From Octopus vulgaris (Eukaryota): DNA of 64,000 nt. A program made the position numbers and the translations under genes. Below, one piece after another: positions 12,418-26,345 of the stretch (the first letter of the stretch is position 1; every line of letters starts with the position of its first letter). The stretch is taken from assembly GCA_951406725.2 (NCBI GenBank), contig OX597822.1, positions 43,958,001-44,022,000 on the forward strand, given 5' to 3'. The notes below the pieces were generated by a model, which was given only the letters and a program-made list of their open reading frames with translations, did no database searches and had not been told where the DNA came from.

Positions 12418-13361
12418 CATACACACATACACATACACACATATATATGATTTGAACAATTTATTTTCAAAACCCTTTTTTGTATTTCTATTCCACCCAC
12501 TTTATTTCATCTTCAATATTTACTTCCACCCCGCCGCCATCATCCCGATAACCGCCAACCACCACTTTGCAACCTTCAGTTTGGTAAATAAACCAAATGC
12601 CAATAGATAGAAAAGTTCCCTCTCACTCAGCCGCAGCTCACCCCTTAATATTGGCATTTTGATTTGCCTTATTACTTTGGAAGGGAACTTTGAAAATTGC
12701 GTAAATCCCTACCCATTTTCAAAGAATTTTACTTCTAATTGATCTCCTCTATTTATAATTCCTACATACTTAATCAATCAAATATTCTTCTTGTCCTATC
12801 AAACGACTTGTTTCAGTATCATCACTATATCTTTATACGTACGCGTATATACACACGCTAGCACGCACGAACAAACACACACACGCGCACGCACACACAC
12901 ACACACACACATACACTCTAACACATTCACACATATATACATTCATCTGAAAAGCCTATTCAACACATTTCGTGTAATGATGATACGTGTATATACAAAT
13001 ACATATAGACATGTCCTTATATATATGTATACATATATATGTGTGTACTTATGAGCGTGCGTGTGTATGTGTGTACGTGTCCCCAAGTACAAATATTAAG
13101 AGTACGAGAAGAACGAACTTCACAGATATGTTAAGTTGAGAAAGGGCGTCATAACGTTTCGGACGAGAGACAGTCATCTAGAAGAAACAAGATTAGATGC
13201 ATAGTGAGACTGAGATAGATAGAAGCATAGATAGATAAATAGATATAAAAAAGATACATAGAAAGGAAGAAAGATAAATAGATAGATAGATGTTGGACAT
13301 CGCTGACATCGCTTTATATCACCTCATTTACACTCCTCCCTATGAACAATACCATGTGTAT

Positions 13362-13770
13362 AGGCGTAGGAGTGGTTGTGTGGTAAGTAGCTTGCTTGCC
13401 AACAACATGGTCCCGAGTTCAGTCCCACTACGTGGCACCTTGGGCAAGTGACTTCTGCTATGGCCTCGGGTCGACCAAAGCCTTGTGGGTGGATTTAGTA
13501 GACGGAAACTGAAAGAAGCCCGTCGTATATATATGTATATATATGTATGTGTGTGTATATGTTTGTGTGTCCGTGTTTGTCCTCCCAACATCGTTTGACA
13601 ACCGATGCTGGTGTGTTTACGTCCCCGTTACTAAGTGGTTCGGCAAAAGAGACCGATAGAATAAGTACAAGGCTTGCAAAGAATAAGTCTTCGGTAGACT
13701 TGCTCGACTAAAGGCGCTGCTCCAGCATGGCCACACTCAAATGATTGAAACAAGTGAAAGAGTAAAAGAG
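13362..13770 (+). mobile_element. SINE family A, full length (tRNA head, core, internal microsatellite, tail)
   Basis: GGAGTGGTTGTGTGGTAAG (A box), GAGTTCAGTCCC (B box), GCCTTGTGGGTGGATTTAGTAGACGGAAACTGAAAGAAGCCCGTCG, (TA/TG)n, 3' tail; more than 10 related copies in the window. Confidence 0.9.
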
Positions 13771-13894
13771 CAAAAGAGGCGTATATTTTGCCCTTCGTTC
13801 TACACGTCTTCCAAGTATCTCTCTGTTTTGGTTTTATACTCTTCTAATTTCTTCTTTGCCTACACATTTATAAATGATTCCTTTTCTAAGTTTT

Positions 13895-14310
13895 CCTCGT
13901 TCCTATTTCTTTATTGCCCACGAGGGGCTAAACATAGAGAGGACAAACAAGGACAGAGAAAGTGGATTACATAGACCCCAGTGCTTAACTGATACTTAAT
14001 TTATCGATCCTCAAAGGATGAAAGGCAAAGTCGACCTCGGTGGAATTTGAACTCAAGACGTAAAGACAGGCGAAATACCTATTTCTTTACTACCCACAAG
14101 GGGCTAAACACAGAGGGGACAAGCAAGGACAGACAAACGGATTAAGTCAATTACATCGACCCCAGTGCGAAACTGGTGCTTAATTTATCGGCCCCGAAAG
14201 CATGAAAAGCAAAGTCGACCTCGGTGGAATTTGAACTCAGAACGTAAAGACAGGCGAAATAACGCTAAGCATTTCGCCCGGCGTGCTAACGTTTCTGCCA
14301 GCTCGCCGCC
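13895..14310 (-). mobile_element. SINE family B with internally duplicated 3' part
   Basis: Two successive GTCGACCTCGGTGGAATTTGAACTCA blocks; head GGCGGCGAGCTGGCAGAAACG on the minus strand at about 14310. Confidence 0.85.
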
Positions 14311-15481
14311 CTCAATTCTTCTCTGGGAAGTAGGATTAGGTCTGGCATGAGTAAGCTTACCCATTGTTTCGACTACTAAGCCAATCCACATTTGAGTTAC
14401 CCTAACAAATAATGAATGTTTTGAGTTTTTTAAGAAGTTGTTTTTGTTACTGTTGTGGCTACTGATTATAGTCGTTATTGCTGTTGTCATTATTTTTAAC
14501 CAGTTAACCAATTAATTCGTTAATTGTTTGATTAATCGTCAGCTTAATCAGCCAGTCAACTACGTTTGTGATAGTCCGTTTGTCACCATTTGCGAAGTCA
14601 TTTGTGACATATCCAGCTCGGCTTCAGGCATGTATGCACGGGAAGCTTGCGATTGATGAGATTGCAAATCGAGATGAAAATATTTTGGCAAGCTTAGATA
14701 AACGACTAATCAATCGATCGATTAGTTTAATTGGTTAAATATTTCACCAATTTATAGCTAATAATATAAAACAGTGAAACTGGATTAGAGCGTGTGATTA
14801 TTACTAGTATTACTACTAGCATTATGACTCTCCCGAGATACGAGATCTTTCTCAACACACAAATTCACTCCAAGAATACAGAGACAAGACGCTCAAATTG
14901 ATTTTCTTGGGGTGTGATATTTTTGTACTTGTGGTTATCGTTGAAAATTGGCAACACAGTAAGGTGCCTCTTTAATCTCAGTTTCAGGAAAACTCAAGTC
15001 ACATTTCTTACTACCGACAATAAGAGGTGATTTGCAGAACGACGTGGTAGAAGGGGAGATACTTGCATTTTCTCTTTTGTCCACGACTCTTTTCTCTAAA
15101 TGTAATTTATTCATGTTAGAAAATTAAACTAAAACAATACAAGAAAGTGTATGTAAAAATCGAGTAATTAATATCCCTTTCCGTTCTCAGAACTTCGAGA
15201 TGACTGTTCCAGCAGGTGACATGTCATTTAAAAAAATATAGATGATGTCTTAGTTAGAAAAATGAACAGAGTCTTCGAAAAAGTTTTCTTCTCTTTTTCT
15301 CCATCCTTCCCCTCTTCCTATACGTACCCCACCTCCTTCGCTTCTCCTCGCCCACCACTTTTAGTCCATGCTCCTCTGCTTCTCTCCACGTCCTTCACAC
15401 TCCTTCCCCATAAGTCTCTTGCTCTTGTAGGTATATGAATTCCAAAGTACATCTAGGAATCAACTTGAAAGTATTGAATAA

Positions 15482-15589
<108 letters not shown>

Positions 15590-16032
15590 ATAATAGATAG
15601 ATAGATAGATAGATAGATATATATATATATATATATAGGCCTCGATATATCGACTAGAAAAGCTAAATATCCAATATCGTATATCATCTGCATATATTAT
15701 CATATTGCCCAAATGATGTTATCCAAGGCTTGGGCCCCGTGCCATCCGCCCAAAAAAAAGCACTCTCATCTCATAACAACAATACGGCACAATTATTTCA
15801 CCTCAATTGGCCCGCTCTCTTTAACATTAGACCAAAACAGATAAAACAGAAAGACCCTATAGGGTTAGAAGTCTTTGGACAGATTCCTTCAAGAAAGATA
15901 GATAGAGTGCCCAAAGACCTGAAAGACTTCACCAGGTGGTGCTATTAAGTTAGACATGGCCTATAACGAAACCTATCAAAGTATATATCAAAGTATCAAA
16001 GTATATATATATATGTGTGTGTGTTATATATG

Positions 16033-16083
<51 letters not shown>

Positions 16084-16092
16084 CATATGTAT

Positions 16093-16705
16093 ATAGAGCA
16101 ATCTCGGTTCTCGACAATAATTTGTTCTCAAAGTCTGTTCTAAAACAGGAATGTCCGAAAACCAAATAATGTGAAAGAAATTAATTCTTTTCTAATCCCC
16201 AGGTGAATGTTTATATACACGCTTACACTATATATTTTGGTAACTGCTAACTGTTTCTGATTTATAAAAATAAGCAACTTTCCACTTCTTCGAATATCTT
16301 TGGTGTTTGTTTATTAACAACAGTCACACCTTTTGCAACACCAGCTGCTTTTATCACTTCCTTATTGTTTAGAATAGCAGATATTTTCAATTTAGGCATA
16401 CCGTACTGAGACACGAGCGCCATTTTCGTGTTTTGCGATGATTTCTTTATTCACGTCAATTGTTTTGCTCTCAACTTTTCTTTTTCCTTTACCAGTTTAA
16501 CTGCTAGCTTTAGTTGGCACAATGACTAAGGGCTAATGAAGATTGAAAAGAAAAAGCACAGTAAAATATAATTGGAAAAGAAAAGCACAGCACAAAACAC
16601 GAATGTATACAACACGGTGGTCGACTCAGAAATGATTTCGTACGGGTTAACGCGGATCGGGTCTGTTCGGCAATGTTGTTCGAAGACCGAAATTTTGTTC
16701 GATAA
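16093..16705 (-). mobile_element. Tigger/pogo-like DNA transposon remnant
   Basis: Minus strand 16235-16500 translates to KRKVESKTIDVNKEIIAKHENG..QYGMPKLKISAILNNKEVIKAAGVAKGVTVVNKQ..FEEVE (CENP-B/psq HTH-like); GTTCGA-type subterminal repeats on both sides. Confidence 0.7.
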
Positions 16706-16853
<148 letters not shown>

Positions 16854-16874
16854 TAGATATACATAATATGATAT

Positions 16875-16918
<44 letters not shown>

Positions 16919-17659
16919 CTATGTATGTATATATATATATATGTATGTATATATATACATAGATACATACATACATATATATATATACATATATATATAC
17001 ATATATATATATACGAAGACAGGTGGTGTAGACAACAAACAGATGTATTAATTTCACGCACGGAAAGTGAAAAATCTTTAACGTTTCGAGCCTACGCTCT
17101 TCCACAGCACAGAAAGGAATACAGAAAGAAACAAGGAGAGAAAATAAAGAATGTGTCGTGGCTAGCGATCTATCATGGCGAATACCGGATAGAGGGGTCA
17201 CACAGGAGAACTAGGGAGAATGGGAGATAACAAAGTAGTGGTGATCCCAAAAGGAAGGTGCGCGTGCCTCTATATAAGAGAGTATGTATTATGCGTGTGG
17301 AAGAACGCTAGTGACCTTGACGTGTGCGTGTGTGTATGTGTAGGTGTATGGATGCGGGGCTGGGAAGTGGTCAGTACAAGTGTGTGCGTGATGGTGTGTT
17401 GTGATGTATTTTGTGGTATGGTTTAGTGTGGTATGCTGTGATGATGTTGGGAGGTGGGGAAGGCTATTCACACAGCTGGTTCTTTAGGTTAAACTATCGT
17501 ATCTCTAGCTGCTTCAGATGTCAAGATATCAAAAATTGTTAAAATGTAGTACAACGGCTTTGTTAGGAATGGTGAAAGCATTCTCTTCGTTTTCTAAAAA
17601 AGCAACGTTTCCCCCATATTTGCATAATAGCAACGGTATATATGTACATATATATATAT

Positions 17660-17677
17660 ATGTGTGTGTGTGTGTGC

Positions 17678-17728
<51 letters not shown>

Positions 17729-18143
17729 CATGTGTGTGTATATATATATAATAATAATCATAAGAGTAAATAATTTCTTCGGGGGTTTTTCAAAAAAACC
17801 AACAATTATTTACTGGTAGATTTCGGTATGTAAATATAACCATTAGTGGCAGGAACTTCTGTGAAGTTCAGTATATATTGTATATAATTAGAAGAGGCAG
17901 GCAACAGGTTGCTTTGCCTCATACCGAAAGAATTAGAAATAGCAGTCGGAGGCTGCTTATTTCTATTTTCTACAAGTGGGGCGCCACATACGACATAACC
18001 CTGCAATTACCTGCAATTTGTTTATGTTAATTGCAGGGTTATGTCGTAGGGGGAGCCGCACTTGTAGAAAATAGAAATAAGCAGCCTCCGACTGCTATTT
18101 CTAATTGTTTCGGTATGCGGCAAAGCAACCTGTTGCCTGCCCC

Positions 18144-18190
<47 letters not shown>

Positions 18191-18275
18191 AAAGAGAGAG
18201 AGAAAGATCGACAAAGAGATATAGGAACCGATAGATGGATATTGATATTAAACTACATGTGTATATGTACATATG

Positions 18276-18309
<34 letters not shown>

Positions 18310-18322
18310 TGTATGTATATAT

Positions 18323-18353
<31 letters not shown>

Positions 18354-18358
18354 CATAC

Positions 18359-18423
<65 letters not shown>

Positions 18424-18595
18424 TGCTCGGAATACGAATAAGAAAAACAGCCAACAACTGATGGAGCGTGTCTTTTATGTTGTTTGTCATGTTTTCCATT
18501 TTTGTTTTCGTTGTTCGAAATAATAGTTTATATTCCATGTACTCGTACTTTGTCTTTCTTGTTGTACATGTTTCATGACGTCCTCGGCGCTCATA

Positions 18596-18676
<81 letters not shown>

Positions 18677-18917
18677 AAGTATGTACATATACATATGTTT
18701 ATATGCATATATATATTATTTATATTATTTTATGATTGAATGCACGCATCCTCTTCGAAGTAAGTTCTAACTATACACACACACATATATATATATACAT
18801 GTGAGTGTGTGTTAAGTATACATATATATGTACGTATTAATATATGTATTTGTGTGAGTGTGTGTATCTATGTATTTAAGCGCCTAGATATGTCAACGAA
18901 CTTATAAATGAGCGCTC

Positions 18918-18968
<51 letters not shown>

Positions 18969-18976
18969 TGTGTATA

Positions 18977-19050
<74 letters not shown>

Positions 19051-19572
19051 CATAAGAGTAAATAATTTCTTCGGGGGTTTTTCAAAAAAACCAACAATTA
19101 TTTACTGGTAGACTTCGGTATGTAAATATAACCATTAGTGGCAGGAACTTCTGTGAAGTTCAGTATATATTGTATATAATTAGAAGAGGCAGGCAACAGG
19201 TTGCTTTGCCGCATACCGAAAGAATTAGAAATAGCAGTCGGAGGCTGCTTATTTCTATTTTCTACAAGTGGGGCTCCACATACGACATAACCCTGCAATT
19301 ACCTGCAATTTGCTTAAGTTAATTGCAGGTTTATGTCGTAGGTGGAGCCCCACTTGTAGAATATAGAAATAAGCAGCCTCCGACTGCTATTTCTAATTGT
19401 TTCGGTATGCGGCAAAGCAACCTGTTGCCTGCCCCTTCTAATTATATATATATATATATTGAAAGAGAGAGAGAGAGAGATCGACAGAGAGATATAGGAA
19501 CCGATAGATGGATATTGATATTAAACTACATGTGTATATGTACATATGTATATATGTATGTATGTAAGTATG

Positions 19573-19613
<41 letters not shown>

Positions 19614-19758
19614 GGCCTGCTCGCTTAGCCAGCAGGGTGGCGTCATTGGAGGGCTAAAACAATGCGAACGCATTATGACCAGCGATGTGTAACAACATCT
19701 GATGGCCTGGTCGGTCACGTAATCACGTGATATGTATGTATGTATGCATGTATGTATG

Positions 19759-19804
<46 letters not shown>

Positions 19805-20156
19805 CATACATACATACATACGTACATACATACATACATATATATATATATATATGCATATATGCTCGAAATACGGAATAAGAAAAACAGCCAACAACTG
19901 ATGGAGCGTGTTTTTTATGTTGTTGTCATGTTTTCCATTTTTGTCTTTCGTTGTTCGAAATAATAGTTTATATTCCATGTACTCGTAATTTGTATTTCTT
20001 GTTGTACATGTTTCATGACGTCCTCGGCGCTCATATGCATATATATATATATAGATGTAAGTATGTACATATGTATATATACATATATATCTTATTTATA
20101 TTATTTTATGATTGAAAGCACACATCCTCTTTGAAGTAAGTTTTAACTATATATAT

Positions 20157-20218
<62 letters not shown>

Positions 20219-20347
20219 ATGTGTGTGTGTGTGTGTGTGTTAACTATACATATATATGTACGTATTGATATATGTATTTGTGTTAGTGTGTGTATGCATG
20301 TATTTAAGCGCCTAGATATGTCAACGAACTTATAAATGAGCGCTCGT
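17660..20347. repeat. Tandem duplication, two copies of about 1.3 kb (about 17660-18919 and 18920-20347)
   Basis: Offset 1292 at the start (identical 66-aa ORFs 17806/19098); both copies end TATAAATGAGCGCTCGT; scattered substitutions. Confidence 0.92.
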
Positions 20348-20494
20348 TACAAGATGTTTAATAATGTCTCTGACATGAAGTTGTAGTGAAAGTGATGTTA
20401 AAAACGATTCCAATAATTTCCCATGTCGAATAATTGGACCTTATTCATTTTGATGGTTCGTAAGGACACCTCTCCCCATTTATTACCTGTCATG

Positions 20495-20538
<44 letters not shown>

Positions 20539-20770
20539 ATATTTATAAAAGTTCATATATACACGTATATAAATTCGGTCTCTAACGAACGTGGTACATT
20601 TAAGACTAATAATATATAACACAGAGGACTATGTGAAAAAAATCATTTGCCTCCAGCGACATCTATATTTCCTTTGTGAAGAAAAAAATAGAGTGAAATA
20701 GTAAAGTATTACATTTTTTCTGTCACATTGCTACAAATATATACATATATTTATATCCGTACCTGTTCAT

Positions 20771-20855
<85 letters not shown>

Positions 20856-21144
20856 CATCTATCTATCTATCTAGCTAGCTAGCTATCTTTATTTATTTAT
20901 TTATTTATTTATTTCTTCCCTTCTTTCTGTCTGCCTGTCAGTTTCTTTGTCTGTGTATAGATATATGTATGAATATATATTGAATATATATATATATATA
21001 TATACATAAATAAATATATATACATGTCTATATATGTATGTATATATGCATACATATATATATATACATATATATACATATATAGATACATATACACACA
21101 CATATATATATATGTACATATATATATGTGTACATATATATATA

Positions 21145-21244
<100 letters not shown>

Positions 21245-21849
21245 CTAGCAGTATTGCCCGGCTCAACGGGGATTTCAGGGGAGAGTTTCAGGGAGTCACT
21301 GGCGATGTATCGTGATGATCAAAAATCCGGCCTCCTAAAATTTGGTTAAAGTGATTCAAACTGCAGACTCAACGCAAAATGGTCACATTTAATTCAAAGC
21401 GTTAAAAATGTTATGAAAACAATTGGTATGTGTTCACAAAGTCCAAACGATTAATACAAAAAAACCATGCAGGTTACATCCCGAAAATTCATTTCTTTGC
21501 CGAATTTCTACAATGTTTACAGCGATTCGTTTTTATATCTTGATTTTTTATTTATATTGCAATTTACGCATGCTTGCACGCGTGGTAAACACAGTTCACG
21601 TCAAACAGCTGACTGAGTAAAGTTCACTATTCAATGCTTGGGATAAGGCCTAAACAAACACATTATCGATGTTTGCACTTGCGAGATGAATTTCGGAACA
21701 GAAATAGCGCAGTGCAATTTTCATTCGCCTAAACTTTAAGTGACCCATTTTTGGTGGTTCTACAATTTGTTGGCCTGGAGGAGATGTGCCGGGAAGTTAA
21801 ACACAGACACACACACACAGATACACACAGACACAGAAGTTGAGTTTTA

Positions 21850-21855
<6 letters not shown>
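21245..21855 (-). mobile_element. Non-autonomous Helitron-like element
   Basis: Minus-strand 3' end CCCGTTGAGCCGGGCAATACTGCTAG|T (GC hairpin + CTAG); 5' end ATATATAAAACTCAACTTCTGTGTCTGTG resembles the 50658-51041 element. Confidence 0.7.
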
Positions 21856-21902
<47 letters not shown>

Positions 21903-21968
21903 GTATACATACATATACATATATATTCATATATGAATATTTAAATACACATATATAGATATTTATAT

Positions 21969-22025
<57 letters not shown>

Positions 22026-22554
22026 TGCATATTCATAATAAGGGCAACTACATGGTTGTTTCACATGCTGGAAGAAGATGTCAACAAACAACTCTAAAAC
22101 TGCCTTATTTAGACACAGGCTGACAACGAGGAAAATGAATAAAATAATATTTTTAAAATAGCCAAAACAAATAATATATTTCGTTTATTTCCCTTACTCT
22201 CATTCCGTCTATGTTATAAAAAAGGTACTTTTAAAGTCGTTTGACATCTTCTTCTAGCATGTGGTACTGCCAATTAGTTGAACTCAAAATTATGAATTTT
22301 GTATTAATTCATACCTAAAACGTGTTACATGCTAGCGACCTGATAAAACCTTATATAGATTTTATACTTGATTACAATAATATAAATATATACACACACA
22401 CACACACATACACATAATACATACTCGTACAAACATATATACATACATACATACATACGTACATACATACATACATACATACATACATACATACATGCAT
22501 TCATACATACATGCATACATACATACATATATATATATATACATATATATATAT

Positions 22555-22774
22555 ACTGTGTGTGGTAAGTAGCTTGCTTACCAACCACGTGTTTCCGGGT
22601 TCATTCCCACTGCGTGGCACCTTGGGCAAGTGTCTTCTGTAGCCTCGGGCCGACTAAAGCCTTGTGAATGGATTTGGTAGACGGAAAATCAAAAAAGCGC
22701 GTCGTATATATGTATGCATATATATATATATATATGTGTGTGTGTGTATGTGTGTGTGTGTGTGTTTGTGTGTG

Positions 22775-22815
<41 letters not shown>

Positions 22816-23025
22816 TGTGTGCGTGTCTGTATGTTTGTGTGTTTGTGTTTGTCCTCCCAACATTTTTTGACAGCCGATGATTGTTTGTTTACGTCCTCGT
22901 GAACTGAGCGGATCGGCAAAAGATTTCGATAGAATAAGTACTAGGCTTACAAAGGATAAGTCCTGGGGTCGATTTGCTCGGGTAAATGTAGTGCTCCAGC
23001 ATGGCAGCAGTCAAAATGACTGAAG
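22555..23025 (+). mobile_element. SINE family A
   Basis: Head, core, expanded internal (TG)n and tail as in 13362-13770. Confidence 0.85.
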
Positions 23026-23092
<67 letters not shown>

Positions 23093-23139
23093 GTGTGTGT
23101 GTGTGTGTACATACATTATATATTTATTTTTTTTATGTA

Positions 23140-23520
23140 GTACTCCGTCGGTTGCCACGATGAGGGCTCCAGTTGATTCGATCAACGAAACAGCCTACTC
23201 GTGAAATTAACGTACAACTGGCTGAGCACTCCACAGGCACATGTACCCTTAACGTAGCTCTCGGGGTGATTCAGCGTGACACAGAGTCTGACAAGCCTAA
23301 CCCCTTTGAAATACAGGTACGACGGAAACAGGATGAAAGAGTGAGAGAAAGTTGTGGTGAAAGAGTACAGCAGGGTTCACCACCACCCCCTGCCGGAGCC
23401 TCGTTGAGCTGTAGGTGTTTTCGCTCAATAAACACTCACAACGCCCGGTCTGCGAACCGAAACCGCGATCCTACGACCGCCAGTCCACTGCCTTAACTAC
23501 TGGACCATTATACCTCCACA
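23140..23520 (-). mobile_element. tRNA-derived SINE family C, near full length
   Basis: Minus-strand head ATGGTCCAGTAGTTAAGGCAGTGGACTGGCGGTCGTAGGATCGCGGTTTCG; near-identical body at 35225-35575. Confidence 0.8.
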
Positions 23521-24224
23521 TATATTCATATAATACATATGAATAATGAGTGAGAGAGAGGGAAAGAGAAAGAGAGAGAGAGTGAGAGAATACTTTTATC
23601 ACATTATCAATCATTTGAAAATACTTAAATACTGTCAGCTTAGTTGAATATAGAAGGCTGTTTCGAGTTTTTATCCATAAAGGAGGTTTTTATACTAACC
23701 TTCAATTATCGAAATAAACAAATAACGAAATAATTGAATAGATAAATAACTAAATAAAAATTTTCCCTTGTAGTCCTTTAACGTTTGTTAATAAAATCCG
23801 GCACGAAATGAGTTGAATGTAGCAAACAAATATATTCTGAAAAATTCCGTGAATTTCCTAATGATTGAAGCTATAAAAGCATTATTTTTCAACAACACTA
23901 TCGCTGTAATGAAGTGTTTTGCTAACATTAAAATTACAGAAAACGCAATTTAATCCGGTTTGATATAGAAGTAGCATTTTATATCTTGATAGCTAAATCT
24001 CTCCTTCAAAAATGCCCAAGTGTTTCGTTAGAAATTCATTAGAATTAATGGCATCAGCATAGCTATAACAACGCATGTTAGAATGTCTCTCCAGATAGAT
24101 TCTCCTGGATTATAACTGTTGGGAAAGACCAAACTGTGGAGATTTATGATCAATTGCATTCAACACTTGGTCAGACCTGATTTTCTGGGGTTTTTTTCTT
24201 TTTTACTTTAATTTTGATTTCATG

Positions 24225-24665
24225 CGTAGGCGTAGCTGTGTGGTTGAAAAGCTTATTCTCCAACCTTGCGCTGTTGATGTATGTCTTAATATGCAACAAC
24301 TTGCTCGAGTGACTTCTACTTTGGCTGCGGGCCAACCAAATCCTTCTGAGTCACTTCGTGTGTATGCGTGCGTGTGTTTTTGTGTGTGCGTCTTCGTGTT
24401 TATGATGTTTTTCTCCTCCACTACCGTTTGACAACAGTTGTTGGGTTACTTACAACTCCATAAATGAGTGAATCTGCAAAAGAAATAAGTAACAGACGAT
24501 AAGTAACAGACGATAGTAACAGACTGTAAGTAAGAGACGATAAGTAACAGACGATAAGTAACAGACGTTCAAAAATAAATACTAGAATCGATTTATTTTG
24601 CGACTGGTCACTTCAATACGGTGCCCCTGCATGGCTGCTGTTCAGTGATTGAAGCATGGAAAAAA
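24225..24665 (+). mobile_element. SINE family A (old) with internal 14-bp tandem repeats (ATAAGTAACAGACG)
   Basis: Degenerate head and tail; repeats at 24485-24567. Confidence 0.65.
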
Positions 24666-24972
24666 TATAAAAGACTGAAAGATAGACTATTTCGTTTTCG
24701 ATTTGAAAGATTACACGTGTTGAAAAAGATTGGGTGGTTCATCATACTTTTCTTGCGTAAGTTCACTTCTCTATTATTCATTTGTCAATTAGTGAACTAT
24801 TTAATCGTCTATTTAATCAACCAATCATAGAGCCATGTCAAATTCATTTTGTCGCCGCTCACAATGCCATCTGTCTCTCTCAAAAACAGACAGACTTGAA
24901 ACAGACCTGAAATAGAGAAGGCATATCATTGTCAAATAGCACTAGTGCCTGTTTTTATTATTTGCTTAATGA

Positions 24973-25680
24973 AGGCAGCGGGCTGGTAGAATCGTTAGCA
25001 CACTGGGCGAAATGCTTAGCGGTGTTTCGTCTGCCGCGACATTCTGAGTTTAAATTCCACCTAGATCGACTTCGCCTTTCATCCTTTCGGGGTCGATTAA
25101 ATAAATACCAATTGAACTCTGGGGTCGAAATAAACGACTTAATCCCTTCTCCCAAATTTCAGGCATCGTGCTTCCAGCAGAAAGGATTATTGGCTTAATG
25201 ATCTTCCCGACATACAACAAAATATAGAATATTATATTCTAGGCAGGAAGGTGGCGAGCTGGCAGAAACGTTAGCACGCCGGGTGAAATACTTAGCAGTA
25301 TTGCGTCTGTCTTTATGTTCTGAATTCAAATTCCGCCGAGGTCAACATTGCTTTTCATCCCTTTGGGGTCGTTAAATTAAGTACCAGTTACGCACTGAGG
25401 TCGGTAATCGACTTAATCAGTTTGTCTGTCCTTGCTTGTCCCCTCTATGCTTAGCCCCTTGTGGGCAATAAAGAAATAAGAAACTTTAGCACGCCGAGTG
25501 AAATGCTTAGCTGTATTTCGGCTGTCTTTACGTTCTGAGTTCAATTTCCGCCGAGGTCGACTTTACGTTTCATCTTTTCGGGGTCGATAAATTAAGTACT
25601 AGTTGAGTACTGAGCTCGATCTAATCGACTGGCTCCCTCACCAAAAATTTCAGGCCTTGTGCCCAGAGTAAAAAAAGAAT
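24973..25680 (+). mobile_element. Cluster of SINE family B copies (24973-25190; 25249-25680 dimeric)
   Basis: Three GAGTTCAAATTCC-GTCGAC-like cores. Confidence 0.85.
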
Positions 25681-26029
25681 ATATTCTAGGCAAGACAAAA
25701 CTCTGCATCCGTTAGTGAGGCCCCTACTCCGGAGTTCGATACCTTGTGTACAACTCTTAGATCTTCTCTGGCTCGAGATGGAAATACTTGTCATGGGATT
25801 CTGCTATTGGTCGAAGAGCAAAGGCTGGTTGTGTGGCTAAGATAAACAAGACCCGTAAGAGGGCTGATCCCGAAGCATGTCTCACACTGGCCGATCTGTG
25901 AGTGGTTATGCTTGGATGTCTCCTGAGTCAGTTTTCATTTCTAAAGGTTAAATGGTATCTGTACTTCAAATATAAACTTGGAGGAATAGGGGACGAACAA
26001 CGTAAACCGTAAAGAAACCCACGAGAACA

Positions 26030-26345
26030 TGTGTGGCTTAGTGGTTAAAGTATTCGGCCGATGGTCGTAAGGTCGTGACTTCAATTCCCGGCGACGTGTT
26101 GTGTCTTTGAGCAAGACACTTTATTTCACGTTGCTCCAGTCTTCTCAGCTGGCAAAAGTGAGTGGTACCTGTATTTCAAAGGGCCAGCCTTGTCACATTG
26201 TGTCACGCTGAATCTCCCTGAGAACTACGTTATGGGTACAAGTGTCTGTGGAGTGCTCAGACACTTACGCGTTAATTTCACAAGCAGACTGTTGTTCTGT
26301 TGATCAGATGAACTGGAACCCTCTTCGTAGTAACTGACTTAGTGC
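26030..26345 (+). mobile_element. SINE family C variant
   Basis: TGGCTTAGTGGTTAA (A box), ACTTCAATTCCC (B box), body shared with 23140-23320. Confidence 0.8.

Noticed and set aside
11409-12610. Long ORFs rich in YI/CV/HT/LSIY (also 16510-17230, 55022-55707, 58315-58866, 60296-60850)
   Set aside because: Stop-free translations of (TA)n, (TG)n and (TATC)n microsatellites.
13362-13440. tRNA-like sequences at SINE heads
   Set aside because: A/B boxes are present but there is no full cloverleaf, and they continue into SINE bodies.
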